From sequence record CM049095.1: a DNA stretch of 32,000 nt; one strand, given 5' to 3'. A model generated the notes under the pieces. It made no database searches. It worked only from the letters and a program-made list of their open reading frames with translations, and was not told where the DNA came from. How positions within the stretch are numbered: the first letter of the stretch is position 1; the number at the start of each line of letters is the position of its first letter. Shown here in pieces: positions 10,614 through 20,196 of the stretch. Position numbers and translations under genes: made by a program.

Positions 10614-13352
10614 AAACATTAAAAATTTATAGCATTAAAAGGATACTTAAGCATTAGATCTAAATGAGCGTTTAACTTCGAAATATTACAATGAGTTTTT
10701 TATTAACTGAGACTTGTAATTTCTCATAGATCGAAAAATCGAGTTTTATTGATTTAAGCAATTTTTCTTTTAAGAGAAAATTAAAAACTTAATGAACTGA
10801 ATCATCTAAGTAATTAGGTTATTGAAATCAATCGAGATATCGTGATTAGTGGCGAACGAAAGCGATAAAAGACTGAAAAATTTTTATTTAAGGTGTCGTT
10901 TAAAAGTATCCCAAAGAAGGTTAATCGTAATAGATCAGTCCTGTGAAGCGGCATATAAATTTTTTGTAAGTAAATTGATACAAGTCATGTGTTGATTAAA
11001 AACCGGGGGACCATCCTCGAAGTCTTAGAGATTTAATGACTAATAGTGGAAAGTACCGTGAGGGAAAAGTGAAAGAATTTTCGCGAAAATGAAAAATTTT
11101 TAAAATTTAATGCCAACAAATTGTCGTAGTTCAATTACACAGAATAACGGCGTACCTTTTGCATAATGGATCAACAAGTGTATTTTAATGGCGAGCTAAA
11201 GTTTAATTATTTAGGCGTAAAAAAAATAAGTTGTAATACTGCAATTAAGTCTTTAAAATATGACCCGAAACTAAGTGATCTAATCATGAGCTGGTTGAAG
11301 TCGAAGCGGAAACGCTTCATTGAGGACCGAACCCGTGTATGTGGAAAAATGCTGGGATGACTTGTGATTAGGGGTGAAAGGCCAATCAAACTTAGAGATA
11401 GCTGGTTTTCTGCGAAATCTATTTTAGTAGAACGTTTAGAATTTACTTTGGAAGAGGTAGAGCTCTTATTAAATGATAGGGACTTAACGTCTTATTGAAT
11501 TTAGTAAAACTTCGAATACTTATTAAAAGGAAGCTAAACAGACAGGCTTTGAGTGCTAAGATTCACAGCCAAGAGGGAAACAGCCCTGATTATTGGTTAA
11601 GGCCCCAAAAAATGACTAAGTTAAAAAGGGTTAAAAAATACAAACAACCGAGAGGTAGTCTTAGAAGCAGACACCCTTTAAAGAAAGCGTAACAGCTCAT
11701 TGGTCTAGTTTTTTTGCCCAGAAAATGTATAGGGAATAAAGTTATTTGCCGAAACTATAAATTTTACTTATTTTTAAATAAAATGGTAGCAGAACGTTCT
11801 GTAAATCAAAGAAAATTCATAGTTATATGGGTTGGAGATATCAGAAGTGATAATGTTGATATGAGTAACGATAAACGGTGTTAAACATCGTCACCTTAAG
11901 TTCAAGGTTTCCAAAACAAGATTAAATCGTTTTGGTTAAGTAATTCGGTCTCTAAGATAAAGATGATAATCTTATTTTGATGAGTAATAAAGTACAAATC
12001 TTCTAATTTTTAAAAGTGACAAAATATTAAGACTATCTGAATTTTATAGTTTAAATTTAGGTTTTTTAGTGTTTTCAAGAAATAGCTTTAAAGATAAAAC
12101 CGTACCCTAAACCAACACAGGTGAACTAGTTTAGTAAATTAAGGTGCTTGAGAAAACTGCGTTGAAGGAACTCGGCAAATTGACTCTGTAACTTCGGAAT
12201 AAGGAGTGACACTTTTTGGTAACCCTGAAAGTGTTGTCACATAATCGAGGACAGCGACTGTTTATTAAAAACACAAGTTTCTGCTAATTTGTAAGAAGAT
12301 GTATTGAAACTGACGCCTGCCCAGTGCTGTAAGATTAAAAGAAGAGGTCTTTTGGCTTTAACTCGAACTCCCAGTAAACGGCGGCTGTAACTCTGACGGT
12401 CCTAAGGTAGCGAAATTCCTTGGCATTTAATTGGTGTCCTGCATGAATGGCGTAACGACTGTCCTACTGTCTCCAACGCAGACTCAGTGAAATTAAAGTT
12501 CCTGTGAAGATGCAGGATTCTTGTGGCTAGACGGAAAGACCCTGGCACCTTTACGATAATTATGCATTGTAATAAAATTTTTTTTGTATAGAATAAGTGG
12601 AAAGTTGCATTTTGATGTGTTACGCTAGTAAACTATTTAAACATCCTTGAAATACCACTCTGAAGATTTTTTGTTACTTATTTAGAAGACATTGTATGGT
12701 GGGTCGTTTGACTGGGGCGGTCGCCTCCTAAAAAGTAACGGAGGCGTACAAAAGGTAACCTTAAGTTGATGTGTAACTTCTTTAAAGCATAATAGTATAT
12801 TGGTTGCTTGACTGTAAGATTGACAAATCAAGCAGGGACGTAAGTCGGTTATAGTGATCCGGTGATTCTGAATGGAAAAGGTCACCGCTCAACGGATAAA
12901 AGGTACGCCAGGGATAACAGGCTAATCACCCTCTAGAGACCCTATCGACGGGGTGGTTTGGCACCTCGATGTTGGATTATCGCATCCTGGAGCTGTAAAT
13001 GGTTCCAAGGGTTTGGCTGTTCGCCAATGAAGGCGGTACATGATCTGAGTTTAGAACGTCGTGAGACAGTTTGGTCCCTATCTACCATAAGAGTATAAAA
13101 TTGTAAGAAGTAGACCTTAGTACGAGAGGACTGGGAAAAGTAAGCCTCTGGTGAATCGATTGCAAGACTTATTGCATTGTCGAGTAGCTACGTTTATAAT
13201 AAATAATCACTGAAAGCATCTAAGTGAGAAGTTATTCTTGATATTCGTTTTTTTTAATGTGGAAGATTACTACATAGATAGGCTTAGTGTGTAAGAATTG
13301 TAAGGTTTTCAGCTAATAAGTACTAAATTAAAATTTCTTATTTTTAATGTTT
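10614..13352 (+). rRNA. rnl: Large-subunit (23S-like) mitochondrial rRNA
   Basis: Conserved 23S blocks are present: GAACTGAATCATCTAAGTA (~10795), GACGGAAAGACCC (~12530), GGATAACAGGCT (~12912), CTGAAAGCATCTAAGT (~13210) and GATAGGCTTAGTGTGTAAG (~13277). The ends are set by a 13-bp terminal helix, AAACATTAAAAAT (10614-10626) pairing with ATTTTTAATGTTT (13340-13352). Ends are approximate. Confidence 0.9.
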
Positions 13353-13404
13353 TTAAAAATTAATTTACATTTTTATTGGAAACTTTAGCTCTGTAAATCA
13401 ATTT

Positions 13405-13433
13405 AAGGCGAATTAGTTTAATTTTTTCGCCTT
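13405..13433 (+). other. Perfect 8-bp stem-loop in the rnl-rns spacer
   Basis: AAGGCGAA (13405-13412), a 13-nt loop, then TTCGCCTT (13426-13433). Function unknown; it may be a processing signal. Confidence 0.4.
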
Positions 13434-13491
13434 TGTTCAGATTTTAATTCAAATTAATTAAAAAATTGTATATAAATACTTATTAATTAAT

Positions 13492-14959
<1,468 letters not shown>

Positions 14960-14962
<3 letters not shown>

Positions 14963-15011
14963 AGAGTTAATATATTTGACTAATAAAGAGGTTCAAATCC
15001 TCAATCTACTA
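14960..15011 (+). other. tRNA-like acceptor/T-arm element, too short (52 nt) to be a tRNA
   Basis: AGTAGA(G)/(A)TCTACT gives 6 bp of acceptor-like pairing. A T-arm-like GAGG-TTCAAAT-CCTC follows. Only ~20 nt separate the two, and no canonical D or anticodon arm is compatible with that acceptor. Confidence 0.35.
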
Positions 15012-15100
15012 TAATTACCTGAACAATTGTTCAAGAGTAATCTTTAGAAAGCTTTTTAATACTGAAGATCGGGAATTACGTAAGATAGTCTAATAGCTAA

Positions 15101-15173
15101 GTCAGGGAAGTGCATAGGTTAGCATATCAGGTTCATGCCCTGAAACTTGTAGGTTCGAATCCTGCCTCTGATA
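15101..15173 (+). tRNA. trnM: tRNA with CAU anticodon (Met, fMet or lysidine-modified Ile; not resolvable by eye)
   Basis: Acceptor GTCAGGG/CTCTGAT (two G-U pairs), anticodon stem TCAGG/CCTGA, loop TTCATGC, T-arm GTAGG-TTCGAAT-CCTGC. It ends 1 nt before the nad6 ATG. Confidence 0.85.
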
Positions 15174-15174
15174 G

Positions 15175-15762
15175 ATGACAGTTTCTTTAATATATATATT
15201 TTCCGCTTTACTAATACTTAGCGCAGTAATGGTAATCCTTGCTCAGAATCCACTTCATTCTGTTTTATTTTTAGTAAGTTGTTTTCTGCATGCATCTTTA
15301 CTAATTTTTTTAACCGATAATGAGTTTTTAGCTTTATTTTTTTTAATCATATATTTAGGCGCTATAGCAATCCTATTTTTATTTGTCGTGATGATGTTGG
15401 ACATAAAATACCATGAGTTGCAAATAACACGGTTATACTTGCCTGTTGGTATTTTGCTGGGTGGTGTTTTATTTTTCGAAGTCCACGGTGCAGTCTCTAA
15501 GATTTTCTCAACAATTTCTCCTTTAAAAGATCAAAACTATAATATCTATGGAAATTGGTATAACAATATTGATGCATTAACAGATGTACTAGCTATAAGT
15601 CAAGTATTTTATACACAGTATTTGCTGCAAATATTAGTTGCGGGTTTGATCTTATATATCGCTGTTATTGGTGTGGCCTTTCTGACAATTTTTCCTGAGT
15701 CAAACAAAACTTCGTACGGTCAATCTTTATTTAAACAAATTTCGAGAAAAAATGTTTTATAA
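15175..15762 (+). CDS. nad6: NADH dehydrogenase subunit 6
   Basis: 195-aa hydrophobic ORF with a typical nad6 N-terminus (…LSAVMVILAQNPLHSVLFLV…). ATG start, TAA stop. Confidence 0.9.
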   Translation: MTVSLIYIFSALLILSAVMVILAQNPLHSVLFLVSCFLHASLLIFLTDNEFLALFFLIIYLGAIAILFLFVVMMLDIKYHELQITRLYLPVGILLGGVLFFEVHGAVSKIFSTISPLKDQNYNIYGNWYNNIDALTDVLAISQVFYTQYLLQILVAGLILYIAVIGVAFLTIFPESNKTSYGQSLFKQISRKNVL

Positions 15763-15769
15763 TTCAAAT

Positions 15770-15843
15770 GATGGAATAGTTCAGTTGGTTAGAATGTTGG
15801 AATCATAATCCAAATGTCGGGAGTTCAAATCTCTCTTTCATCA
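15770..15843 (+). tRNA. trnM: Second tRNA with CAU anticodon (Met, fMet or Ile-lysidine)
   Basis: Acceptor GATGGAA/TTTCATC, D-stem GTTC/GAAT, anticodon stem TTGGA/TCCAA, loop ATCATAA, T-arm GGGAG-TTCAAAT-CTCTC. Confidence 0.85.
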
Positions 15844-15849
15844 AATAAA

Positions 15850-15922
15850 GAGTAATTGACTCAATTGGTAGAGTGTCTTGCTTACAACGAGAAAGTTAGT
15901 GGTTCGAGTCCGCTATTACTTA
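15850..15922 (+). tRNA. trnV: tRNA-Val (UAC)
   Basis: Acceptor GAGTAAT/ATTACTT, D-stem ACTC/GAGT, anticodon stem TCTTG/CGAGA, loop CTTACAA, T-arm AGTGG-TTCGAGT-CCGCT. Confidence 0.9.
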
Positions 15923-15939
15923 AAATAAAATTTTTATAA

Positions 15940-17514
15940 ATGGGAGCGTTAACACTAAAAACATTTTCTGATGAGGTTAGAGAATGGGAGTTTATTGAAG
16001 GAGAAGGCATTGATCCTACTGATGGTTTTGGGACCAGTTTACGGCTTTCTATACGAGAAAATCAGATATTCTTGGCAGAACCTAATGATCCTGATATGCC
16101 ATGGTTAACAGATCGTGGTCGATTATTTTTTGATGGGATGTTTGAAGAATCTCATTCTGATTTAGATTGGCAAGAATTTTTCCGAAAAGTGATGGATTCT
16201 TTGTACTTTACAGATCATTTAAATTATCTTAAAAAAAGCTCTATCTTTTCGTTATTATTCATATTTGAAAATCTTAGTTTAGAAACCTTGAATATACTAT
16301 ATTTATTAGGCCGGCAATCTTCATTAATTCAACTTCGTAGAGCAGAAGCTTCCTCCAATAAAAATGATTTGGAAAGTTTTTATCAACTTAATTCAAGTTC
16401 AAGGAAACATAATCTAAACAAATCTACTTTAGGTTTGCTGATTAATACTAATGTCCGCTATGAAGGTTACGTTTTAAATTTAAGTCTAAGGCAGCGACTC
16501 TTAAAAGGAAATTTTAAACTGTTTGTACTAAATTCTATAGTAGATCTGACATTCCCAGTTTATAATTTAGGGTCAAATATGAATATTTTGCGTTCAATTG
16601 GAGAAGGTACTAATTTAAGTTGCCAGGATTTTAAAAATGCAGAATTTCCTTTATTAATATCCAATTCTGAAACGATGCGACGTAATGATGCAAAAGAAAT
16701 TTTTAAAATACTGAAGCGTGTTGTCTTAATGAATGGCGCTTGGAACGCTTTAAATACATTGAATCCAAATTTAGGTGCAACAGGAATGAATTCTTTGTCG
16801 AATTTCCTTCCGGTAAATTCAGAAGATTTTAGCAATTTTTTCGGTTTATATTTTATTAATATTTCAGTGAGTGCTGTATCGAATCTGAAGCAATTGACTG
16901 AGCTAGAACTACTTGATTTAACTGTTCCAAACAGATTAAAAGCTAATAGTAATATTATAAGCCAAAATAATACCAATTTAAGTAAAGAGTTTTGTTTACA
17001 GTTTAATGAAAATGATTTAAGTCGGTACTATTACTTACCAAATAACTTGTTTTTAGAAGATAGTGAAACTTTTATAAACACGCAAGGGCTGATTAAACGA
17101 GTAACTAAGACAATTCATTTTAAGAAAGAAGCTAAAACAAATTGGCAGATTCTTAGAAAGCTTTACGCCAAAGTGAAAAAATTAGTTGTATTGACTAATA
17201 AAAAAGATAACGTCCTAATTCATTATAATTGTAACAACTTGTTTAGTTTTAAGAATTTTATGCATTTTCAGTTTCAGACATCGAAAAGCCTTACCAGTAT
17301 GGGTTCCTTTTTAACTAAGCGAGCAAAACCTTTAAATTATCTGGCAGTTTCGCAACCAATCAAATCAAAAAGGGTGAAGATTTTTAATACAAAACTGAAA
17401 AATTGGTTGGACGACTTCTTTAACACTGCAGGGAAAGACTTTTATAGCTATAATTCTTCGGCTTTAATTAATTGCTCCAAAATTCAACGAGCTAATATGA
17501 CTAATTTTTTTTAA
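15940..17514 (+). CDS. nad11: NADH dehydrogenase subunit 11 (75-kDa/NuoG homologue), C-terminal domain only
   Basis: The N-terminus MGALTLKTFSDEVREWEFIEGEGIDPTDGFGTSLRLSIRENQIFLAEPNDPDMPWLTDRGRLFFDGM aligns by eye with the NuoG/75-kDa segment (CPV)GALTSKPYAF.ARPWE..K.ESID..DA.GSNI.V..R..E..RI.P......NEEWISDK.RF.YDGL. No Cys-rich Fe-S motifs are present. An in-frame TAA lies immediately upstream of the ATG. The remainder is highly divergent and N/K/S-rich. Confidence 0.8.
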   Translation: MGALTLKTFSDEVREWEFIEGEGIDPTDGFGTSLRLSIRENQIFLAEPNDPDMPWLTDRGRLFFDGMFEESHSDLDWQEFFRKVMDSLYFTDHLNYLKKSSIFSLLFIFENLSLETLNILYLLGRQSSLIQLRRAEASSNKNDLESFYQLNSSSRKHNLNKSTLGLLINTNVRYEGYVLNLSLRQRLLKGNFKLFVLNSIVDLTFPVYNLGSNMNILRSIGEGTNLSCQDFKNAEFPLLISNSETMRRNDAKEIFKILKRVVLMNGAWNALNTLNPNLGATGMNSLSNFLPVNSEDFSNFFGLYFINISVSAVSNLKQLTELELLDLTVPNRLKANSNIISQNNTNLSKEFCLQFNENDLSRYYYLPNNLFLEDSETFINTQGLIKRVTKTIHFKKEAKTNWQILRKLYAKVKKLVVLTNKKDNVLIHYNCNNLFSFKNFMHFQFQTSKSLTSMGSFLTKRAKPLNYLAVSQPIKSKRVKIFNTKLKNWLDDFFNTAGKDFYSYNSSALINCSKIQRANMTNFF

Positions 17515-17534
17515 TTTCTTGATATATATATATT

Positions 17535-17972
17535 ATGAATACTAATCTTTTTTTAAAAAACTTTACTGAAACCACTAATTATCTAGAAAATTTAAGCCTA
17601 ATATCATTGTCTTCGCTTAAAGGAGAATATTTGGGTATTTTAATTTATATCATTTTTGGTGCTTGTTTAGGCTTATTAATTGTTGGTCTTTCTTATTTGT
17701 TTGTCACTCAAAGTCCTGAGTCTGAAAAGTTGTCGACTTATGAATGTGGTTTTGAGCCTTATGAGGATAGTAGAAATAGATTTAATATCCGTTTTTACAC
17801 AATTGCGATTTTGTTTTTATTATTTGATATTGAGATAATTTTTTTACTCCCTTGGTGTTTGTCATTGTCACAGCTTAACATTCTAAGTTTTTGGTCTATT
17901 ATTGAATTTTTAGCAGAACTTGGTGTTGGGTTTGTTTATATTTGGGTAGTGGGGGCAATTGATTGGAAGTAA
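17535..17972 (+). CDS. nad3: NADH dehydrogenase subunit 3 (with ~28-aa N-terminal extension if the ATG at 17535 is used)
   Basis: Carries the motif YECGFEPYEDSRNRFNIRFYTIAILFLLFDIEIIFLLPW. Confidence 0.92.
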   Translation: MNTNLFLKNFTETTNYLENLSLISLSSLKGEYLGILIYIIFGACLGLLIVGLSYLFVTQSPESEKLSTYECGFEPYEDSRNRFNIRFYTIAILFLLFDIEIIFLLPWCLSLSQLNILSFWSIIEFLAELGVGFVYIWVVGAIDWK

Positions 17973-17990
17973 TTAGCTTTGATAAATATT

Positions 17991-18851
17991 ATGAGTAACG
18001 TAAAAAATAATTTAAATTTTAAATATCTAAACACAACTCACCAATTTCACTTGGTTGACCCTAGCCCATGGCCTCTATTAGCTTCGCTTGGAGGGTTTAT
18101 GCTTACAATTGGCCTCGTTCTGTATATGCATAGAATGTTGGGGGGCTGGGCTTTGTTTTTAAATGGTTTTTTAACTGTTCTGTATGTAATGTATGTTTGG
18201 TGGCGTGATATTGTTAGAGAAGCTACTTATGAAGAGCAGCATACTTTTGTTGTACAACGAGGTTTGCGGCTTGGTATGGTGCTTTTTATTGTGTCAGAAA
18301 TCATGTTTTTTTTTGCATTCTTTTGGTCATTTTTCCATTCAAGTTTGTCTCCTGTATTTAATATTGGAGGCGTTTGGCCTCCTAAATCCATAGTTTCTAT
18401 GGATACTTATACGATACCCCTTACGAATACTTTTCTACTTTTAAGTTCTGGGGCTACTGTAACCTGGGCTCATCATGCAATTATTCTTAGAGCAAAAAGA
18501 CAGACAATTGTTGCGCTTATTTACACACTAATACTGGCTATTTTATTTACTTATTTTCAAGGTTTGGAGTATGTTTCTGCTCCTTTTAATATAAGTGATG
18601 GAATTTATGGGTCTTGTTTTTATATGGCGACAGGGTTTCACGGTTTCCATGTTTTTGCAGGGTCTGTTGCTTTATTTGTGTCATTTGTCAGAATAGTCTT
18701 GAATCACTCAACTGATACGCATCACTTTGGTTTTGAATCAGCGATTTGGTATTGGCATTTTGTTGATGTGGTATGGCTATTTTTGTTTATCAACATTTAT
18801 TGGTGGGGAAATTTGGAGCCTCAAACATTATCTGTGACTTTATTTGTTTAA
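17991..18851 (+). CDS. cox3: Cytochrome c oxidase subunit 3
   Basis: HQFHLVDPSPWPL, …FFWSFFHSSL…, GFHGFHV and WYWHFVDVVWLFL are present. The ORF track opens at TTG 17979; the first ATG, at 17991, is the preferred start. Confidence 0.93.
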   Translation: MSNVKNNLNFKYLNTTHQFHLVDPSPWPLLASLGGFMLTIGLVLYMHRMLGGWALFLNGFLTVLYVMYVWWRDIVREATYEEQHTFVVQRGLRLGMVLFIVSEIMFFFAFFWSFFHSSLSPVFNIGGVWPPKSIVSMDTYTIPLTNTFLLLSSGATVTWAHHAIILRAKRQTIVALIYTLILAILFTYFQGLEYVSAPFNISDGIYGSCFYMATGFHGFHVFAGSVALFVSFVRIVLNHSTDTHHFGFESAIWYWHFVDVVWLFLFINIYWWGNLEPQTLSVTLFV

Positions 18852-18866
18852 AGTCGAGTTAGTGCA

Positions 18867-20120
18867 ATGACTATTAATTTTTTAAATAAAAACGATTTAA
18901 GTGCAAATACACTTATCAAGCAAACAGCTTTAGCTACTAGAATCCGAGCTCATAATGTTTCATTAAATAAATTTCGATGGAATAAAAATTATCTTTTGGG
19001 CTTCGTAGATTGTCATTTAATTCACTACCCAACACCCATTGGTTTAACATATGCTTGGAGTTTTGGTTCATTAGCAGGTATATGTTTGGTTATACAGATT
19101 ATCTCTGGTACTTTGCTATCAACACACTATTTAGCAGATATTGATTTGGCTTTTGCTAGTGTAGAGTATATTATGCGTGATGTTCCTAACGGGTGGTTTA
19201 TTAGATATGTTCATGCAAATGGTGCGTCAATGTTTTTTATTGCTGTATACAGTCACATTTTCAGAGGTCTTTATTATGGTTCATATATGAAACCGAGACA
19301 ACTCTTGTGGTGTTCTGGTGTTATTTTACTTTTACTGATTATGGGTACCGCTTTTACGGGTTATGTTTTACCTTGGGGTCAAATGAGTTTTTGGGGGGCA
19401 ACTGTTATTACTAATATGGTAACCGCTATCCCTTTCGGGGGTCAGACGATAGTTGAATGGTTGTGGGGTGGTTTTACAGTAAATGCACCTACCTTACGAA
19501 GATTCTATAGTGTTCATTTCTTATTACCATTTATCATTTCTGGTATTACTTTAATACATTTGGCTTTACTGCATAAAGATGGGTCTACGAGTCCTATAGG
19601 ATCGGATACTGGTGTAGATGATATACCTTTTTATCCTTATTATTTTTCAAAAGATTTGTTTGCATTTACTTGCTTCTTGCTATTTTTTGGTACATTTGTG
19701 TTTTTTTTCCCAAATTTATTGAATCATCCAGACAATTGTATTCCAGCTGATCCAATGGAGACACCTAAACATCTTGTGCCTGAATGGTATTTTTTACCCT
19801 TTTATGCTATTCTAAGATCTATTCCTCATAAAGTTGCTGGTATTGTTGCTATGGGAGGCTCTATTTTAGTTTTACTGTTGATTCCATTCAATTACACAGG
19901 TTATATAAGAAACACCACTTACCGACCTTTGTTCAAAATATTTTATTGGTTATTAGTGGCTGATTTTGTTGCATTGATGTGGATTGGTCAGGCTCCAATA
20001 ACAGATCCGTTTATAGCTCTTGGGCAATATGCATCTATTTATTATTTTGCCTTTTTTATTATCATTATACCTATTATTGGTTTAATAGAGACAAAATTAA
20101 TGGACGTTAAAATAGTATAA
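18867..20120 (+). CDS. cob: Apocytochrome b (about 35 aa longer at the N-terminus than usual)
   Basis: [42 protein letters not shown] and [16 protein letters not shown] are present. Confidence 0.94.
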   Translation: MTINFLNKNDLSANTLIKQTALATRIRAHNVSLNKFRWNKNYLLGFVDCHLIHYPTPIGLTYAWSFGSLAGICLVIQIISGTLLSTHYLADIDLAFASVEYIMRDVPNGWFIRYVHANGASMFFIAVYSHIFRGLYYGSYMKPRQLLWCSGVILLLLIMGTAFTGYVLPWGQMSFWGATVITNMVTAIPFGGQTIVEWLWGGFTVNAPTLRRFYSVHFLLPFIISGITLIHLALLHKDGSTSPIGSDTGVDDIPFYPYYFSKDLFAFTCFLLFFGTFVFFFPNLLNHPDNCIPADPMETPKHLVPEWYFLPFYAILRSIPHKVAGIVAMGGSILVLLLIPFNYTGYIRNTTYRPLFKIFYWLLVADFVALMWIGQAPITDPFIALGQYASIYYFAFFIIIIPIIGLIETKLMDVKIV

Positions 20121-20130
20121 TGAGATCAAT

Positions 20131-20189
20131 GCCAAGAATACAAAACTCTGTTTTCGGTTTCACATCAGGTTCGATTCCTGATCTTGGCT
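20131..20189 (+). pseudogene. Truncated tRNA-like element (59 nt): intact acceptor stem and T-arm, no canonical D or anticodon arms
   Basis: Acceptor GCCAAGA/TCTTGGC (7 bp) and T-arm TCAGG-TTCGATT-CCTGA. Only 27 nt lie between them, and these form just an AAAAC-TCT-GTTTT hairpin with a 3-nt loop. It lies between the cob stop and the nad2 start. Confidence 0.4.
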
Positions 20190-20196
20190 AATTAAT

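Noticed and set aside
11166-12885. ORFs 11166..11360, 11207..11389(-), 11495..11692 and 12682..12885(-)
   Set aside because: All lie inside the large-subunit rRNA, within blocks of clear 23S homology. They are artefacts of ORF calling.
16560-16976. 138-aa minus-strand ORF antisense to nad11. Similar cases are 20667..20966(-) in nad2, 22240..22440(-) in rps10, 31493..31717(-) in the intron and 18193..18393(+) out of frame in cox3
   Set aside because: Each is fully embedded in a better-supported gene, has low-complexity composition and carries no motif. Every supported gene in the window is on the + strand.
17979-17990. TTG/GTG start codons proposed by the ORF track for cox3 (17979), nad5 (22810) and rps14 (29703)
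   Set aside because: In each case a nearby in-frame ATG (17991, 22834, 29709) gives an N-terminus that matches orthologue starts better (for example nad5 MYILLVFL…). The upstream codons are probably just open spacer. Non-ATG initiation is not excluded.
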